From Armatimonadota bacterium (GTDB lineage: Bacteria; Armatimonadota; UBA5829; DSUL01): a stretch of DNA of 64,000 bases. The position numbers and the translations under genes were made by a program. The stretch covers positions 32,001-96,000 of the forward strand of contig JBDHZC010000004.1 of assembly GCA_039811685.1 (NCBI GenBank), given 5' to 3'. The notes under the pieces are model-generated. The model was not told the origin of the DNA and did not search any database. It saw only the letters and a program-made list of their open reading frames with translations. Below are positions 38,922 through 49,294 of the stretch, piece after piece. Every line of letters starts with the position of its first letter. Within the stretch, counting starts at the first letter, position 1.

Positions 38922-38947
38922 CGTCTGACGATATGTTTTTGCGCTCC

Positions 38948-38978
38948 AGGAGGCTCGGCCAGGCTGAGCCTCCTTTTT
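38948..38978 (+). terminator. Intrinsic terminator
   Basis: AGGAGGCTCGGCC-A-GGCTGAGCCTCCT followed by TTTT. Confidence 0.8.
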
Positions 38979-39194
38979 ATTGCGCAGTGGTCTGTATAGA
39001 GGGATGCGCGCTGGCGTGGGATTAGCTGGCAAAGCTGTAGAAGCAGTGTGAATCGCGTGAAATTTCTTGCCCTTTTGCAGGTGCGTGGGCTACAATCCCC
39101 GCGGGTTGCCCGCAAGGCGGCCTAATCGCGGGCTGCGTCCGGCGGTACTGGCTCTTGCAGCCGCCGGGCAACGACCCGCCTGATACGAGGTTTC

Positions 39195-40226
39195 ATGGCA
39201 ACAGAAGGATCAATCAACGGTAAAGTGCGCGTCGGTGTGGTTGGAGTTGGCATCGGCCGCCTCCACCTGGAAGGCTATCGAAAACACCCCGATGCCGAGA
39301 TAGTGGCGATCGCGGATGTCAACGAAGATCGCGCCAGAGCTACCGCTAAGGAGTTCGGTATCTCGCAGGTCTACACGGACTACGAGAAGATGCTCCAGGA
39401 AGCGCATCTGGACGCACTCAGCGTCTGTACTCCCAACAGCCTGCATGCTCCGGTCGCCATCGCGGCTTTTCAGGCTGGCTGCAGTGTCATTTGCGAGAAG
39501 CCCATTGCCACCAGTGCTGCGGAAGGTGAGAAGATGGTGCGGGCAGCCCGTGACGCGGGGAAGATTTTTATGATGGGCTTCAACAACCGTTTTCGCGGCG
39601 ACACTCAGGTGCTGAAGAAGTTCATCGAGGAAGGCGCTCTGGGTAACGTCTACTATGCAAAAACCGGCTGGCTCCGCAGGCGAGGTATTCCTGGAATGGG
39701 CGGTTGGTTCACTACCAGGGCTATGTCTGGTGGCGGGCCTCTCATTGACCTTGGTGTGCACGTGCTGGACCTCGCGCTTTATCTGATGGGCAACCCGAAG
39801 CCGGTTAGCGCCTACGGAAGCACCTACGCCGAGTTCGGTCCAAAGATGCCTGGCGGCGAGAATTATGATGTGGAGGACCTGGCAAGCGGGCTGATCAAGT
39901 TCGAAAACGGCGCGACCGTCCTGGTGGAAGCGTCGTGGGCGTCCAATATTGCCCAGGAGACCTCCTACACTACGCTGATGGGATCGCTGGGCGGGGCGGA
40001 TCTGTCGCCACTCAGACTCTACACGGAGATGAACGGGGAACAGGTTGACATTCAGCCGCAGCACCCGAACATCAACGGCCACGAAGCTGAAATAAAGCAT
40101 TTTGTAGATTGCGTGCGCGACGGGAAACAGCCTCTGGCTACAGGCGAGCACGGACTGGACGTTATCAAAATTCTGGATGCCATCTACGAATCTGCCCAGA
40201 CAGGAAAGATGGCGGCGATTAGCTGA
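39195..40226 (+). CDS. Gfo/Idh/MocA family oxidoreductase
   Basis: VGVVGVG, CEKP, GGGPLIDLGVH. Confidence 0.93.
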   Translation: MATEGSINGKVRVGVVGVGIGRLHLEGYRKHPDAEIVAIADVNEDRARATAKEFGISQVYTDYEKMLQEAHLDALSVCTPNSLHAPVAIAAFQAGCSVICEKPIATSAAEGEKMVRAARDAGKIFMMGFNNRFRGDTQVLKKFIEEGALGNVYYAKTGWLRRRGIPGMGGWFTTRAMSGGGPLIDLGVHVLDLALYLMGNPKPVSAYGSTYAEFGPKMPGGENYDVEDLASGLIKFENGATVLVEASWASNIAQETSYTTLMGSLGGADLSPLRLYTEMNGEQVDIQPQHPNINGHEAEIKHFVDCVRDGKQPLATGEHGLDVIKILDAIYESAQTGKMAAIS

Positions 40227-40294
40227 TAGAGAGAGTGTCGAAAAGCAGCCCTCCGTAACGGGGTGGGCTGCGGGCGTTCTTAGGAGGAACACAT

Positions 40295-41257
40295 ATGAAG
40301 ATCGGGGTTCTGACGGTCCTGATGTCAAATGAGCCGTTGGAGAAGGTTTTGGACTTTCTTCAGGAAAACGGCGTGGAAGCGGTGGAGTTGGGGACAGGCA
40401 ACTATCCCGGAAACGCGCACTGCAATCCGGCCGAACTGCTGGACAACGACAAGAAGCGCAACGATCTGCTCAAGTCGATCGAGAAGCGCGGAATGGTCAT
40501 CAGTGCGCTATCCTGTCACGGAAACCCGCTGCATCCCAACAAGCAGATTGCTCTGGAACACCACGAGACCCACCGCAAGACAGTTCTGCTGGCAGAGAAG
40601 ATGGGACTGGATACAGTTATCAACTTCTCAGGTTGTCCCGGCGATTCCCCCAGCGCAAAGAAGCCGAACTGGGTGACATGCCCCTGGCCGCCAGACTATG
40701 GCGAGATCCTGGAATGGCAGTGGAAGCGAAAGGTGATTCCGTACTGGAAACAGGAGTCGAAATTCGCCAAAGAGCACAACATCCGGATCGCCTTTGAAAT
40801 GCATCCTGGGTTTGTTGTTTACAATACGGAAACCCTTCTGCGCCTTCGCAAAGCCTGTGGAGACAACCTTGGCGCAAACTTCGATCCGAGCCATCTCTGG
40901 TGGCAGGGAATGGACCCGGTCGTTTCCATCCGCGCGCTGAAAGATTGCATCTACCACTTTCACGGCAAGGACTGCAAAGTGGACCCACAGAATGCCCGCG
41001 TCAATGGCGTACTGGATACCAAGGGCTACCTTGATGAAATCAATCGCTCGTGGGTATTTCGCACGATTGGCTACGGACACGACCTGAGTGTCTGGAAGGA
41101 CATTGTGAGTGAGCTGAGGCTGATTGGTTACGACCACGTCATCTCGATTGAGCACGAAGACAGCCTCATGTCTCCGCGCGAAGGGCTCACCAAAGCCGTT
41201 CAGCTTCTCAAGCAGGCGGTAATCCAGGAGCAGCCGGGCGCTGCATGGTGGACATAA
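40295..41257 (+). CDS. Sugar phosphate isomerase/epimerase (xylose-isomerase-like TIM barrel)
   Basis: CHGNPLHP, FEMHPG, NFDPSH, HFHGKD, SIEHED. Confidence 0.92.
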   Translation: MKIGVLTVLMSNEPLEKVLDFLQENGVEAVELGTGNYPGNAHCNPAELLDNDKKRNDLLKSIEKRGMVISALSCHGNPLHPNKQIALEHHETHRKTVLLAEKMGLDTVINFSGCPGDSPSAKKPNWVTCPWPPDYGEILEWQWKRKVIPYWKQESKFAKEHNIRIAFEMHPGFVVYNTETLLRLRKACGDNLGANFDPSHLWWQGMDPVVSIRALKDCIYHFHGKDCKVDPQNARVNGVLDTKGYLDEINRSWVFRTIGYGHDLSVWKDIVSELRLIGYDHVISIEHEDSLMSPREGLTKAVQLLKQAVIQEQPGAAWWT

Positions 41258-41398
41258 ACCGCCGCTAGGAAGCGTCTATTTCGAGTATGGCGTCTCGGCA
41301 CGCTCGATCCGTGATAGCCCGGGTATTGCTCCCCGGGCTATCTCAAAATGAAGCGCTGCGCCTGACCTGCACCCAGTCTCGTAGAGTTACACAGTTCA

Positions 41399-42094
41399 TT
41401 GTCCGAAGAAAGCCTCAAGTCCAAACAGAAGCGCGCTGCGCAAGTCGTAGCCATCCTCAAGAAGATCTATCCAGACGCTACCCATCTGCTTGACAACGAC
41501 AATCCTTTTGAGCAGGTCGTCTTTACAATTCTTGCGGCGCAGTGTACGGATGCGCGCGTGGAGACCGTCGCGCCTGAGTTGTTTCGCAGGTGGCCGACTG
41601 TTGAAGCCATGGCTTCAGCGCCCGCCGAAGAAGTCGAAGACATTATCCGCCCCCTCGGATTCTTCCGTCAGAAAACGCGGTCGCTGATTGAGATGTCCCG
41701 GGATGTCTGCCTGAAGTTTGGAGGCAAGGTCCCGGCAACAATGGAAGAGCTTACGCAGTTGCGTGGGGTGGGGCGCAAGACGGCTAACGTCGTTCTTGCT
41801 CACTGCTTCGGGGGTGGCAGCGTGATTGTCGATACGCATTGCCGGCGCGTGAGCCGGCGTCTGGACTTCACGCGACAGCAAGACCCCACAAAAATCGAGT
41901 TCGAGTTGCAGAAGGTTGTCGAGCCAGAAGACTGGTCAGTGTATGGGACGCTGCTTGTCTGGCATGGACGGGCCATCTGCACCGCGCGCAATCCACAGTG
42001 TGCCATCTGCCCTATTCTTCATTTGTGTCCCGAGGGCCAGCGGCGAATGCGCGAAGCATCTCATCAGCCCCAGAAAGCAACCGCGCAGTCATAG
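41399..42094 (+). CDS. nth: Endonuclease III
   Basis: AQCTDARV, HhH LRGVGRKTANVV, VDTH, C-X6-C-X2-C-X5-C. Confidence 0.95.
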   Translation: MSEESLKSKQKRAAQVVAILKKIYPDATHLLDNDNPFEQVVFTILAAQCTDARVETVAPELFRRWPTVEAMASAPAEEVEDIIRPLGFFRQKTRSLIEMSRDVCLKFGGKVPATMEELTQLRGVGRKTANVVLAHCFGGGSVIVDTHCRRVSRRLDFTRQQDPTKIEFELQKVVEPEDWSVYGTLLVWHGRAICTARNPQCAICPILHLCPEGQRRMREASHQPQKATAQS

Positions 42095-42165
42095 TCGGGT
42101 GAGGGTGATCTGGACTCACGCTGTTCTGTCCAGCGTACTCCATGCCTGGCACTAACGCTCACGCT

Positions 42166-42804
42166 TCAACGGCAGATGACAAAGACTGCCTGTTCCGCAA
42201 GCAAATTCGGCAGTACGGATATCCTGGTAAAACCCCTGTCGAAGGACCCTGTGAGATAGAGCTCCTGTAATATCTGAAAGCCCTCAGCGCGACACATGCG
42301 CTTGAAATCGCGAATCGTAGTGAGGTGGATGTTCGGGCTGTCGTACCATTCAAAGGGGAGCTGTTCTGTGCGAGGCATGTGGCCAAGAAGTCCCAGTTGA
42401 AAGCGCGCGTGCCAGTGCGCAAAGTTGGGAAAGCTGAGGATTACTTTTTTGCCTACGCGCGCAGCCTCTCGAATCAGCTCATCCGGCCGGTACAGCACCT
42501 GAATCACATCCGTCAGGATGACATAATCCATTGCCCCGTCGTTATAGTCAGCCAGACCCTCGTCCAGGTCACCGTGATATACCGGAAGCCCCTTGGAGAC
42601 GCACTCGTGTATGGCTTCCTCACTGATTTCAATCCCCTGAGGAAAGACGTTTTTCCGCTCCTGAAGAGCCGTGAGCAACTCACCTGTTCCGCATCCCAAG
42701 TCCAGCACACGGGCGCGAGGCTCAATAAGATCAACAATGAAGTCAATATCGGTCTTTTTCGGTCGCCTTTGAACGCTTGAGGATGGAGTGGCAGGATCAG
42801 TCAA
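42166..42804 (-). CDS. metW: Methionine biosynthesis protein MetW
   Basis: VLDLGCGTG, SFPNFAHW, LPFEWYDSPNIH; overlaps metX. Confidence 0.93.
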   Translation of the reverse strand: MTDPATPSSSVQRRPKKTDIDFIVDLIEPRARVLDLGCGTGELLTALQERKNVFPQGIEISEEAIHECVSKGLPVYHGDLDEGLADYNDGAMDYVILTDVIQVLYRPDELIREAARVGKKVILSFPNFAHWHARFQLGLLGHMPRTEQLPFEWYDSPNIHLTTIRDFKRMCRAEGFQILQELYLTGSFDRGFTRISVLPNLLAEQAVFVICR

Positions 42805-43960
42805 TGGCGTAGTTCAGGAAGTTCGAGATCAGGCTGGAAAGCTGCGCGCTCTCCAGAAGAAATGCGTCATGTCCCTTATCAGTCTGAAGCTCAGCGAACG
42901 TCACGTCCAGGCTGTTCTGACGCAGCGCCTTCACGATCTCCCGGGACTGATACGTCGGAAAGAGCCAGTCGGAGGAGAATGAGATAACCAGAAACTTCGC
43001 CTGCACCCGGGAAAGTTCTTTGCGAAGACTCCCACTCGGCTGCGTCAGGTCGAAGTAGTCCGTCGCTTTCGTAATGTATAGATAGGAGTTGGCATCAAAG
43101 CGCTGGACAAACACACTCCCCTGATGGCGCAGATAGCTTTCGACCTGAAACTCCGTTGCAAACTCAGTGTTAAAAGTGAACGTAGAGCCGTTGGACTCGA
43201 CAAGATCCCGCCCAAACTTGTTGTGCATCGCCTTGTCAGACAAATAGGTGATGTGGCCGATCATACGCGCTATGGCCAGTCCGTGGTTGGGTATCACACC
43301 CTCGCGCTTGTAATTGCCATTGCGCCAGTCTGGATCGCCCATAATCGCCTGTCGCCCAACTTCGTTAAACCCAATGGCTTGAGCTGATAGCCGGCTTGTT
43401 GTGGCGATAGGAATGGCAAGTCTGATGCGCTCCGGGTAGCTTACTGTCCACTGCAGCACGCGCATTCCACCCATCGACCCGCCAATTACGCACAAGACCT
43501 GATTGATACCCAGGTGATCGAGCAAGTGACGCTCGGCTTCCACCATGTCCTGAATCGTGATAATCGGAAAGTCGCGCGCGTACGGATATCCGGTGGCTGG
43601 ATTCTCTGAATCTGGCCCCGTCGATCCCGAACAGCCACCAATGCAATTCGCGCATACAACAAAGTAGCGCTCTGTGTCCAGCGCCTTTCCAGGACCGACC
43701 ATAATATCCCACCAGCCCGGTTTCTTACTGGTCTGATCCTTGTGATAACCTGCCACGTGCGCATCGCCCGTCAGAGCGTGCTCGACCAGGATCACATTGG
43801 ACTTGTCCGCGTTGAGCGTGCCGTACGTTTCATACACCAGCGTGATCGGTCCCAGCTTCTTGCCGCTCACCAGCTTCATCTCATCTGGTGGTTGCGCAAA
43901 GGTGAAGAACTGCGGTTCAACAACTCCGACGCTGTTAGGTTGTGCCGTAGTCAATGTCAT
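42797..43960 (-). CDS. metX: Homoserine O-acetyltransferase
   Basis: HALTGDAH, GWWD..VGPG, GGSMGGM, RFDANSY, GHDAFL. Confidence 0.95.
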   Translation of the reverse strand: MTLTTAQPNSVGVVEPQFFTFAQPPDEMKLVSGKKLGPITLVYETYGTLNADKSNVILVEHALTGDAHVAGYHKDQTSKKPGWWDIMVGPGKALDTERYFVVCANCIGGCSGSTGPDSENPATGYPYARDFPIITIQDMVEAERHLLDHLGINQVLCVIGGSMGGMRVLQWTVSYPERIRLAIPIATTSRLSAQAIGFNEVGRQAIMGDPDWRNGNYKREGVIPNHGLAIARMIGHITYLSDKAMHNKFGRDLVESNGSTFTFNTEFATEFQVESYLRHQGSVFVQRFDANSYLYITKATDYFDLTQPSGSLRKELSRVQAKFLVISFSSDWLFPTYQSREIVKALRQNSLDVTFAELQTDKGHDAFLLESAQLSSLISNFLNYAID

Positions 43961-44080
43961 GGAGTGAACTGGCAGCCTGGCGGACAACAGGCTGCCTGTA
44001 CTAGAGATTACTTACAGTATATAGCCAGAGCGCTTGCTTCGCGACTGTGCAGCTCTCGCGCGCAGCGATGTAAGTCGTGG

Positions 44081-45388
44081 CTACTTCTGACTTGCCTTCA
44101 GGCCTTTGTCGAGATCCGCGATAATGTCTTCAACGTCTTCAATTCCGACCGACAGCCGAATGAAGTCGGGTGTTACGCCCGCCTCAAGCTGCTCCTGTTC
44201 GGAAAGTTGCTGATGCGTGGTGCTGGCAGGGTGGATGACCAGACTTTTCGCGTCACCAAAGTTCGCCAGATTAGAGTGCAACTCCAGCGCATCAATGAAC
44301 TTGATCCCAGCCTCTTTGCCACCTTTGATCCCAAAGCCCACCAGAGCCCCACAACCGTTAGGAAGATACTTCTTCGCCATTTCATGTGATGGATGATCTT
44401 TGAGACCGGGGTAGCTCACCCAGCTGACAGAGTCTTGCTGCTGCAGCCACTCGGCCACTCGCTGGGCGTTCTGGCTGTGCCGCTGCATCCTCAGCCCGAG
44501 AGTCTCAACCCCCTGCAACACGAGAAACGCGTTGAACGGCGAAAGACACGGGCCGAAGTCGCGCATGAGCTGAACGCGCATTTTGATGATGTAAGCAATT
44601 CCCGGCGCCACTGCCTTGTCATGCAGCCCGAACGCGTCCCAGTAGCTTATCCCGTGATAGCTGGGGTCTGGGTCGACCAGGCCGGGGAACTTGCCACTGC
44701 TTTTCCAGTCGAACTTTCCGGAGTCCACCACAATCCCGCCGATAGACGTACCGTGCCCTCCCAGAAACTTGGTGAGTGAATGCAGCACAATATCCGCGCC
44801 CCATTTGATGGGCTGGCAGAGCGCCGGAGAGGCCATAGAGTTGTCAATGATCAGAGGAATGCCGTTGTCGTGCGCGATAGCGGCGATCTTTTCAATATCC
44901 GGAATGTCAAATCTGGGATTGCCAATGACCTCCATATAGAGCGCTTTGGTTTTGTCATCAATGGCTTTTCGGAAGTTCTCAGGATCGTCTGTGTCCACAA
45001 ATTTGACGTGTACGCCGATTTTCGGAAACGAGTAGTGGAACAGGTTGTACGTGCCGCCGTAAAGACTGCCCGCAGAGACGATGTTGTCGCCAGCGTTTGC
45101 GATGTTCAGCACCGACAGCAACTCAGCGGCCTGTCCGCTGGAGGTTGCAAGCGCTGCGGCTCCGCCTTCCAGAAGAGCGATGCGATTCTCCAGAACATCC
45201 CACGTCGGGTTCTGGATGCGTGTGTAGATGTTGCCGAACTCCTCGAGTCCGAACAATTTGCGCGCGTGTTCCGCGCTGTCAAAAACGTAAGAAGTTGTCT
45301 GATAGATGGGCACGGCCCGCGAATTGGTGGTCGGGTCAGGCTTCTGTCCGCCGTGCAGCGCAATTGTGTCGAACTTCAAATCTGCCAT
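44081..45388 (-). CDS. metY: O-acetylhomoserine sulfhydrylase
   Basis: [32 protein letters not shown] lysine, [11 protein letters not shown]. Confidence 0.95.
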   Translation of the reverse strand: MADLKFDTIALHGGQKPDPTTNSRAVPIYQTTSYVFDSAEHARKLFGLEEFGNIYTRIQNPTWDVLENRIALLEGGAAALATSSGQAAELLSVLNIANAGDNIVSAGSLYGGTYNLFHYSFPKIGVHVKFVDTDDPENFRKAIDDKTKALYMEVIGNPRFDIPDIEKIAAIAHDNGIPLIIDNSMASPALCQPIKWGADIVLHSLTKFLGGHGTSIGGIVVDSGKFDWKSSGKFPGLVDPDPSYHGISYWDAFGLHDKAVAPGIAYIIKMRVQLMRDFGPCLSPFNAFLVLQGVETLGLRMQRHSQNAQRVAEWLQQQDSVSWVSYPGLKDHPSHEMAKKYLPNGCGALVGFGIKGGKEAGIKFIDALELHSNLANFGDAKSLVIHPASTTHQQLSEQEQLEAGVTPDFIRLSVGIEDVEDIIADLDKGLKASQK

Positions 45389-45586
45389 AAGCTTCAGTGT
45401 TCCTCTCCGTGCTGAGCAAGTATTCTCAAGAAAACAGTATAGCTAAAAGCAGTGGTCACAACGCTTTCTGGCGAGTTCGTTCAGTACTGCTACCCGTTGC
45501 AGCAACCGCCTCCAGGATGTCATCGAGTCTTCTAACTTCCGCGTCTGAAAGCTCCTTGGGCTACAGGCAGTAGCCCTGATCAGGAG

Positions 45587-45622
45587 AAAAATGAAAAAGC
45601 CCGGGCAAATCCGCCCAGGCTT
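45587..45622 (-). terminator. Intrinsic terminator after the Fe-S carrier gene
   Basis: Minus strand AAGCCTGGGCG-GATT-TGCCCGGGCTTTTT. Confidence 0.8.
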
Positions 45623-45648
45623 GATCGGTAATTGCCTATGACATGAGC

Positions 45649-46032
45649 TCAACTGCAACCGCAGCCGCACCCACATCCTTCACTATCGCTTTCCTCGCTA
45701 CCACCACAGTCACATTCGCCACCGCATCCGCAGGATGTATCAATATTGGGATTGCTGATCGCAAACCCCGCGCCTTCCACCGTATCCATATAGTCGATGC
45801 TGGCTCCATCAAGGTATGGGCCGCTCGCTTCGTCAATGAGCACTCGCAACCCCGAGAAGTCATACACCTGGTCAGTTTCTTCAACGGTGTCATCGAACGC
45901 CATTCCAAACTTATAGCCCGAGCGGCAGCCTCCGCCCTGAACGAAGACTCGCAACAGAGCGTCCGCGCGGTTCTGAGAGACCATCAGCCCCTTGACCTTC
46001 TCGACAGCCGCATTTGTGAGTGTAATTGCCAT
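45649..46032 (-). CDS. A-type Fe-S cluster carrier (HesB/IscA/ErpA family) with Cys-rich tail
   Basis: ITLT..A, LRVFVQGGGC.SG, IDY, NPN...SCGCG. Confidence 0.92.
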   Translation of the reverse strand: MAITLTNAAVEKVKGLMVSQNRADALLRVFVQGGGCRSGYKFGMAFDDTVEETDQVYDFSGLRVLIDEASGPYLDGASIDYMDTVEGAGFAISNPNIDTSCGCGGECDCGGSEESDSEGCGCGCGCS

Positions 46033-46315
46033 AGATAGCCTTTCCTGTGTGTGGTTGCTTTCAGAAATCAGATTGTTGCTCGCCAGTGCAGCGAGATTCG
46101 TCCACAACTGCCTTGGTGCGGACGGTATCCACATTCTCAGTATACCAAACGCTGCGCGTCAGCGGAAGTTTCCGGCAGTGCGCAGAAAGCAGATGCTCGA
46201 TGTGCGATTCCAGGTCTTCTCTGCCGATTATCGGGATTTCTTGCCCCGAAAAGACACTGAAAATCCATCGCGTGCTATAGAGTTGCGCCAGTAATACCCT
46301 TTGCCGTCCCCTCAG

Positions 46316-46699
46316 TTATGCTGGAGACTCTCCACTGAAGTCCGCGCCAGAGCGCGTAACCTTCACTCCGCATCGTTCGCAAATCCCGCCCAGCGGTGGG
46401 CTCGGTTTGGACACGCTGATCGTCACCTCATGCGCCGGTGTTGTCGCCAGAAGACGCGAGGCGATGTCGGACGCCAGATGCTCCATCAGCTTGTGAGAAT
46501 TGCCTGTCACGGCTTCTGTGACGGTCTGAAACACGCTGTACCAGTCTGCAGTGTCCTTGAGCCGGTCTGTACGCCCCGCTTTCCGTAAATCCAGGCGCAG
46601 CTCAACGTCCACCTCAATGATCTGTCCCACGCAGCGTTCCTCCGCGGTGTGCCCGTGGTGACCAAAGACGCGTATGCCTTTTAGAAAGATGGTGTCCAT
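46316..46699 (-). CDS. folB: Dihydroneopterin aldolase
   Basis: MDTIFLKG...GHHG...EE...GQ, D.L.DTAD, LME.LA, SKP.PP. Confidence 0.92.
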   Translation of the reverse strand: MDTIFLKGIRVFGHHGHTAEERCVGQIIEVDVELRLDLRKAGRTDRLKDTADWYSVFQTVTEAVTGNSHKLMEHLASDIASRLLATTPAHEVTISVSKPSPPLGGICERCGVKVTRSGADFSGESPA

Positions 46700-46935
46700 T
46701 GCTGAGTTTTGGCTGGAGTCAGGTAGATTCAGAGGCGTCATACCGCAGTCCTGCCAGTGCTCACTTATAATGACAGCTTGTGCGCGCGTGCGCAAGCAAG
46801 CGCCTCACTGCGTGCGATGGCTCTGCCTCAAAAATAGTATGGCGCGCCCTTGCCCGCGGTCTGGCCGTGTTCAGGCACGGGTGGCCCTCCGAAAGAGCGG
46901 CGGGTGCGCAAACCGCACAAATACTGCTGCATCCG

Positions 46936-46964
46936 CTGACATCGGGAGCACTTTTTGTTATACT
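46936..46964 (+). promoter_or_regulatory. Sigma70 promoter of the tRNA cluster
   Basis: CTGACA-N17-TATACT with extended TG. Confidence 0.7.
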
Positions 46965-47007
46965 ACCGTTGGCCTTTTGAGGGACAACATTCTTCGTGTG
47001 CGAGCGT

Positions 47008-47081
47008 GCGCCTGTAGCTCAGTGGATTAGAGCATCTGACTTCGGATCAGAGGGTCGGGGGTTCGAGTCCCTCCAGGCGCG
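47008..47081 (+). tRNA. tRNA-Arg(TCG)
   Basis: Cloverleaf GCGCCTG/CAGGCGC; anticodon arm TCTGA-CTTCGGA-TCAGA; GTTCGAG T-loop; no encoded CCA. Confidence 0.95.
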
Positions 47082-47145
47082 GTTATGTCCCTGTTGAAGG
47101 AAGAGCCCGGGCCATTTCTGGTAGTTTGCCGTCGCGTGAGCGCGC

Positions 47146-47218
<73 letters not shown>

Positions 47219-47288
47219 GATTATTCCTGAGGTTGCCGGTAGGTGTCGTCCTCGGGTAGGAACTGCAGCCCGGGCAAACGGTTCATCG

Positions 47289-47369
47289 GGGCGAGTGGTG
47301 GAATGGCAGACACGCCAGATTTAGGATCTGGTGCCGCGAGGCGTAGGAGTTCAAGTCTCCTCTCGCCCA
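47289..47369 (+). tRNA. tRNA-Leu(TAG)
   Basis: GGGCGAG/CTCGCCC; CCAGA-TTTAGGA-TCTGG; long variable arm. Confidence 0.96.
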
Positions 47370-47575
47370 GCTTTGGAGGCGCACTCGGGGTGGCCATACG
47401 CCGCTGGAAGCTGTGGCGGACTGAATGGCGCTGAGGTAAACTCGGAAGCAGACTGCCCAGGAGCTGTGGCATAAACTTCTTGTGCCGCGCTGGAGATTCT
47501 CGGCAGGATTGCCAGAGAATCATGTCGTAAACGCAAAGAGTCAGTAGCGTTTGTCTGAATTGGTGTCGCCGTCAT

Positions 47576-47647
47576 GCGGGAGTAGTTCAGGGGTAGAACG
47601 CCTCCTTGCCAAGGAGGAGGTCGCGGGTCCGAATCCCGTCTCCCGCT
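47576..47647 (+). tRNA. tRNA-Gly(GCC)
   Basis: GCGGGAG/CTCCCGC; CCTCC-TTGCCAA-GGAGG; T-loop TCCGAAT. Confidence 0.93.
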
Positions 47648-47952
47648 TGTTTTTTGCAGCTTTTCTGGTGACAGGACTGTCTGCAACATGTCTGCGGCTT
47701 CGCGCGTGGGTGGATGTGCGCTCTGTCCCGAGAGCCTGTCCTGGCACGCTTATCGTAGCTTGCGCCTCTGATTACGCTGCTGTGTAGCGCCTCGCCGGAC
47801 AACCCTTGCCAGATGGGGACAGGCGGGGTGTTTTTTCATGTTCGGACAACTTCCGGCCTTCTTTTTGCGAGCCGGGAGCCAGACGTGCAAGCGCGCAAGA
47901 GGTCCTGAGGCTGGGCTGGTAGGCCTCAACAACGACTACACGAAGGATTCAT

Positions 47953-49290
47953 ATGCAGGTTACTCGTGAAGATATCAGTCCGTGTCTGGTTGCACTGGAG
48001 ATCTCCGTTGAACCCGAGCAGTACGCTGGCGCCCTGGAGACCGCGCGCAAACAGATAGCGCGCAATACAGAGATTCCAGGCTTCAGAAAGGGCAAGGCGC
48101 CGGCTGCGCTGGTGGAGAGAGTCATCAACCCTGAGCGGGTCATCAGCGTCGCCAACGACCGCGTGATGCCCGAAGCCTACACGCAGGCGCTGCAGGAACA
48201 AGACCTCACACCGTGGGATCATCCCGAGGTCGAATTGCTTGAGTCTTCTGCCGAGTCCGGACTGAAGTTCAAGGCCACGGTTCCGCTGGTTCCCCAGGTA
48301 GAGTTGGGTCAATACAAGGAAGTGTCAGTAGATCGTCCTGTTCGGCAGGTGACTGATGAGCTGATTGATCACGAAATCGAGCGCCTGCGCACGCAGCACA
48401 CCCGGCTGGATGAAAAGGGCGAAGACGGCGTTGTTGAAGATGGCGACTATGTGTTCGTCAGTATACAGGAGCTCAACGACAACGGTGAGCCCCTGGGCGA
48501 GCCTACCTACAATGCGGCGGTAGTCGGAGAGAACGTTCCCGACTTCGATACGCGGATAAAGGGTATGAAGAAGGAAGAGACTGGAGAGTTTACGCTCAAC
48601 TACCCGGAGGATTGGCAGGAGAAAGAGCGCGCGGGTAAGACCGTTCGCGCAAACGTCACGGTGTCTCAGCTCTATGCTCAGGTGAAACCTGAGGTGAATG
48701 AAGAGTTCGCCAAGACTGTTGGTGAATTTGACTCTGTGGAGGCGCTCAGACAGGAAATTCGCTCTAGCGCAGAGCGTGCGTTCAACGAAGTCTCAGATGA
48801 GCAGGCGGATATGGAGTTGATGAACAAGATCGTCCAAAGCTCGAAAATCGACTATCCACCGCAAATGCTGACGCACGAGTTTCAGCATCGTGTCCAGGAG
48901 CAGTTCGCCGATCTCAAAAGGCGCAATACAACCTTTGAGCAGTTCCTTGCACAAAACTCCGTCACAGAGGAAGAATATCGTCAGAGACTGACAGGGCGCA
49001 TTGACTGGGATATTCGGGTGAGTCTGGCGTTGTCTGCTATTGCAGAGGAAGAAAAGATCGACGTATCCCCCGAGGAAATTGATGAGCAGCTTGATCGCTT
49101 GCATGAGTCAGAGAACGAGACGGCTGAGGAGCTAAGCGAGTACCTCTCAACCGAACAGGGAAGGCAAAGCTACATTCGTCGCCGTAGAACCAACAAGGTT
49201 TTAGAGTTTCTAAGGTCGTCTGCCAACATTAAAGATGTGATTCAGGATCCGCCACAGGAAGGCGCCGCAGAAGCGAAGGAGGCTAAGTAA
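47953..49290 (+). CDS. tig: Trigger factor
   Basis: [10 protein letters not shown] ribosome-binding motif; FKBP-like middle domain; upstream of clpP. Confidence 0.96.
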   Translation: MQVTREDISPCLVALEISVEPEQYAGALETARKQIARNTEIPGFRKGKAPAALVERVINPERVISVANDRVMPEAYTQALQEQDLTPWDHPEVELLESSAESGLKFKATVPLVPQVELGQYKEVSVDRPVRQVTDELIDHEIERLRTQHTRLDEKGEDGVVEDGDYVFVSIQELNDNGEPLGEPTYNAAVVGENVPDFDTRIKGMKKEETGEFTLNYPEDWQEKERAGKTVRANVTVSQLYAQVKPEVNEEFAKTVGEFDSVEALRQEIRSSAERAFNEVSDEQADMELMNKIVQSSKIDYPPQMLTHEFQHRVQEQFADLKRRNTTFEQFLAQNSVTEEEYRQRLTGRIDWDIRVSLALSAIAEEEKIDVSPEEIDEQLDRLHESENETAEELSEYLSTEQGRQSYIRRRRTNKVLEFLRSSANIKDVIQDPPQEGAAEAKEAK

Positions 49291-49294
49291 CCAA

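Noticed and set aside
45389..45590. Expected SAM riboswitch or T-box upstream of metY
   Set aside because: No SAM-I core or T-box motifs seen, and a TATACT box lies only about 50 bp from the start codon
45649..45651. Selenocysteine readthrough at the TGA of the HesB-family gene
   Set aside because: All conserved motif positions are already Cys and a terminator follows the stop
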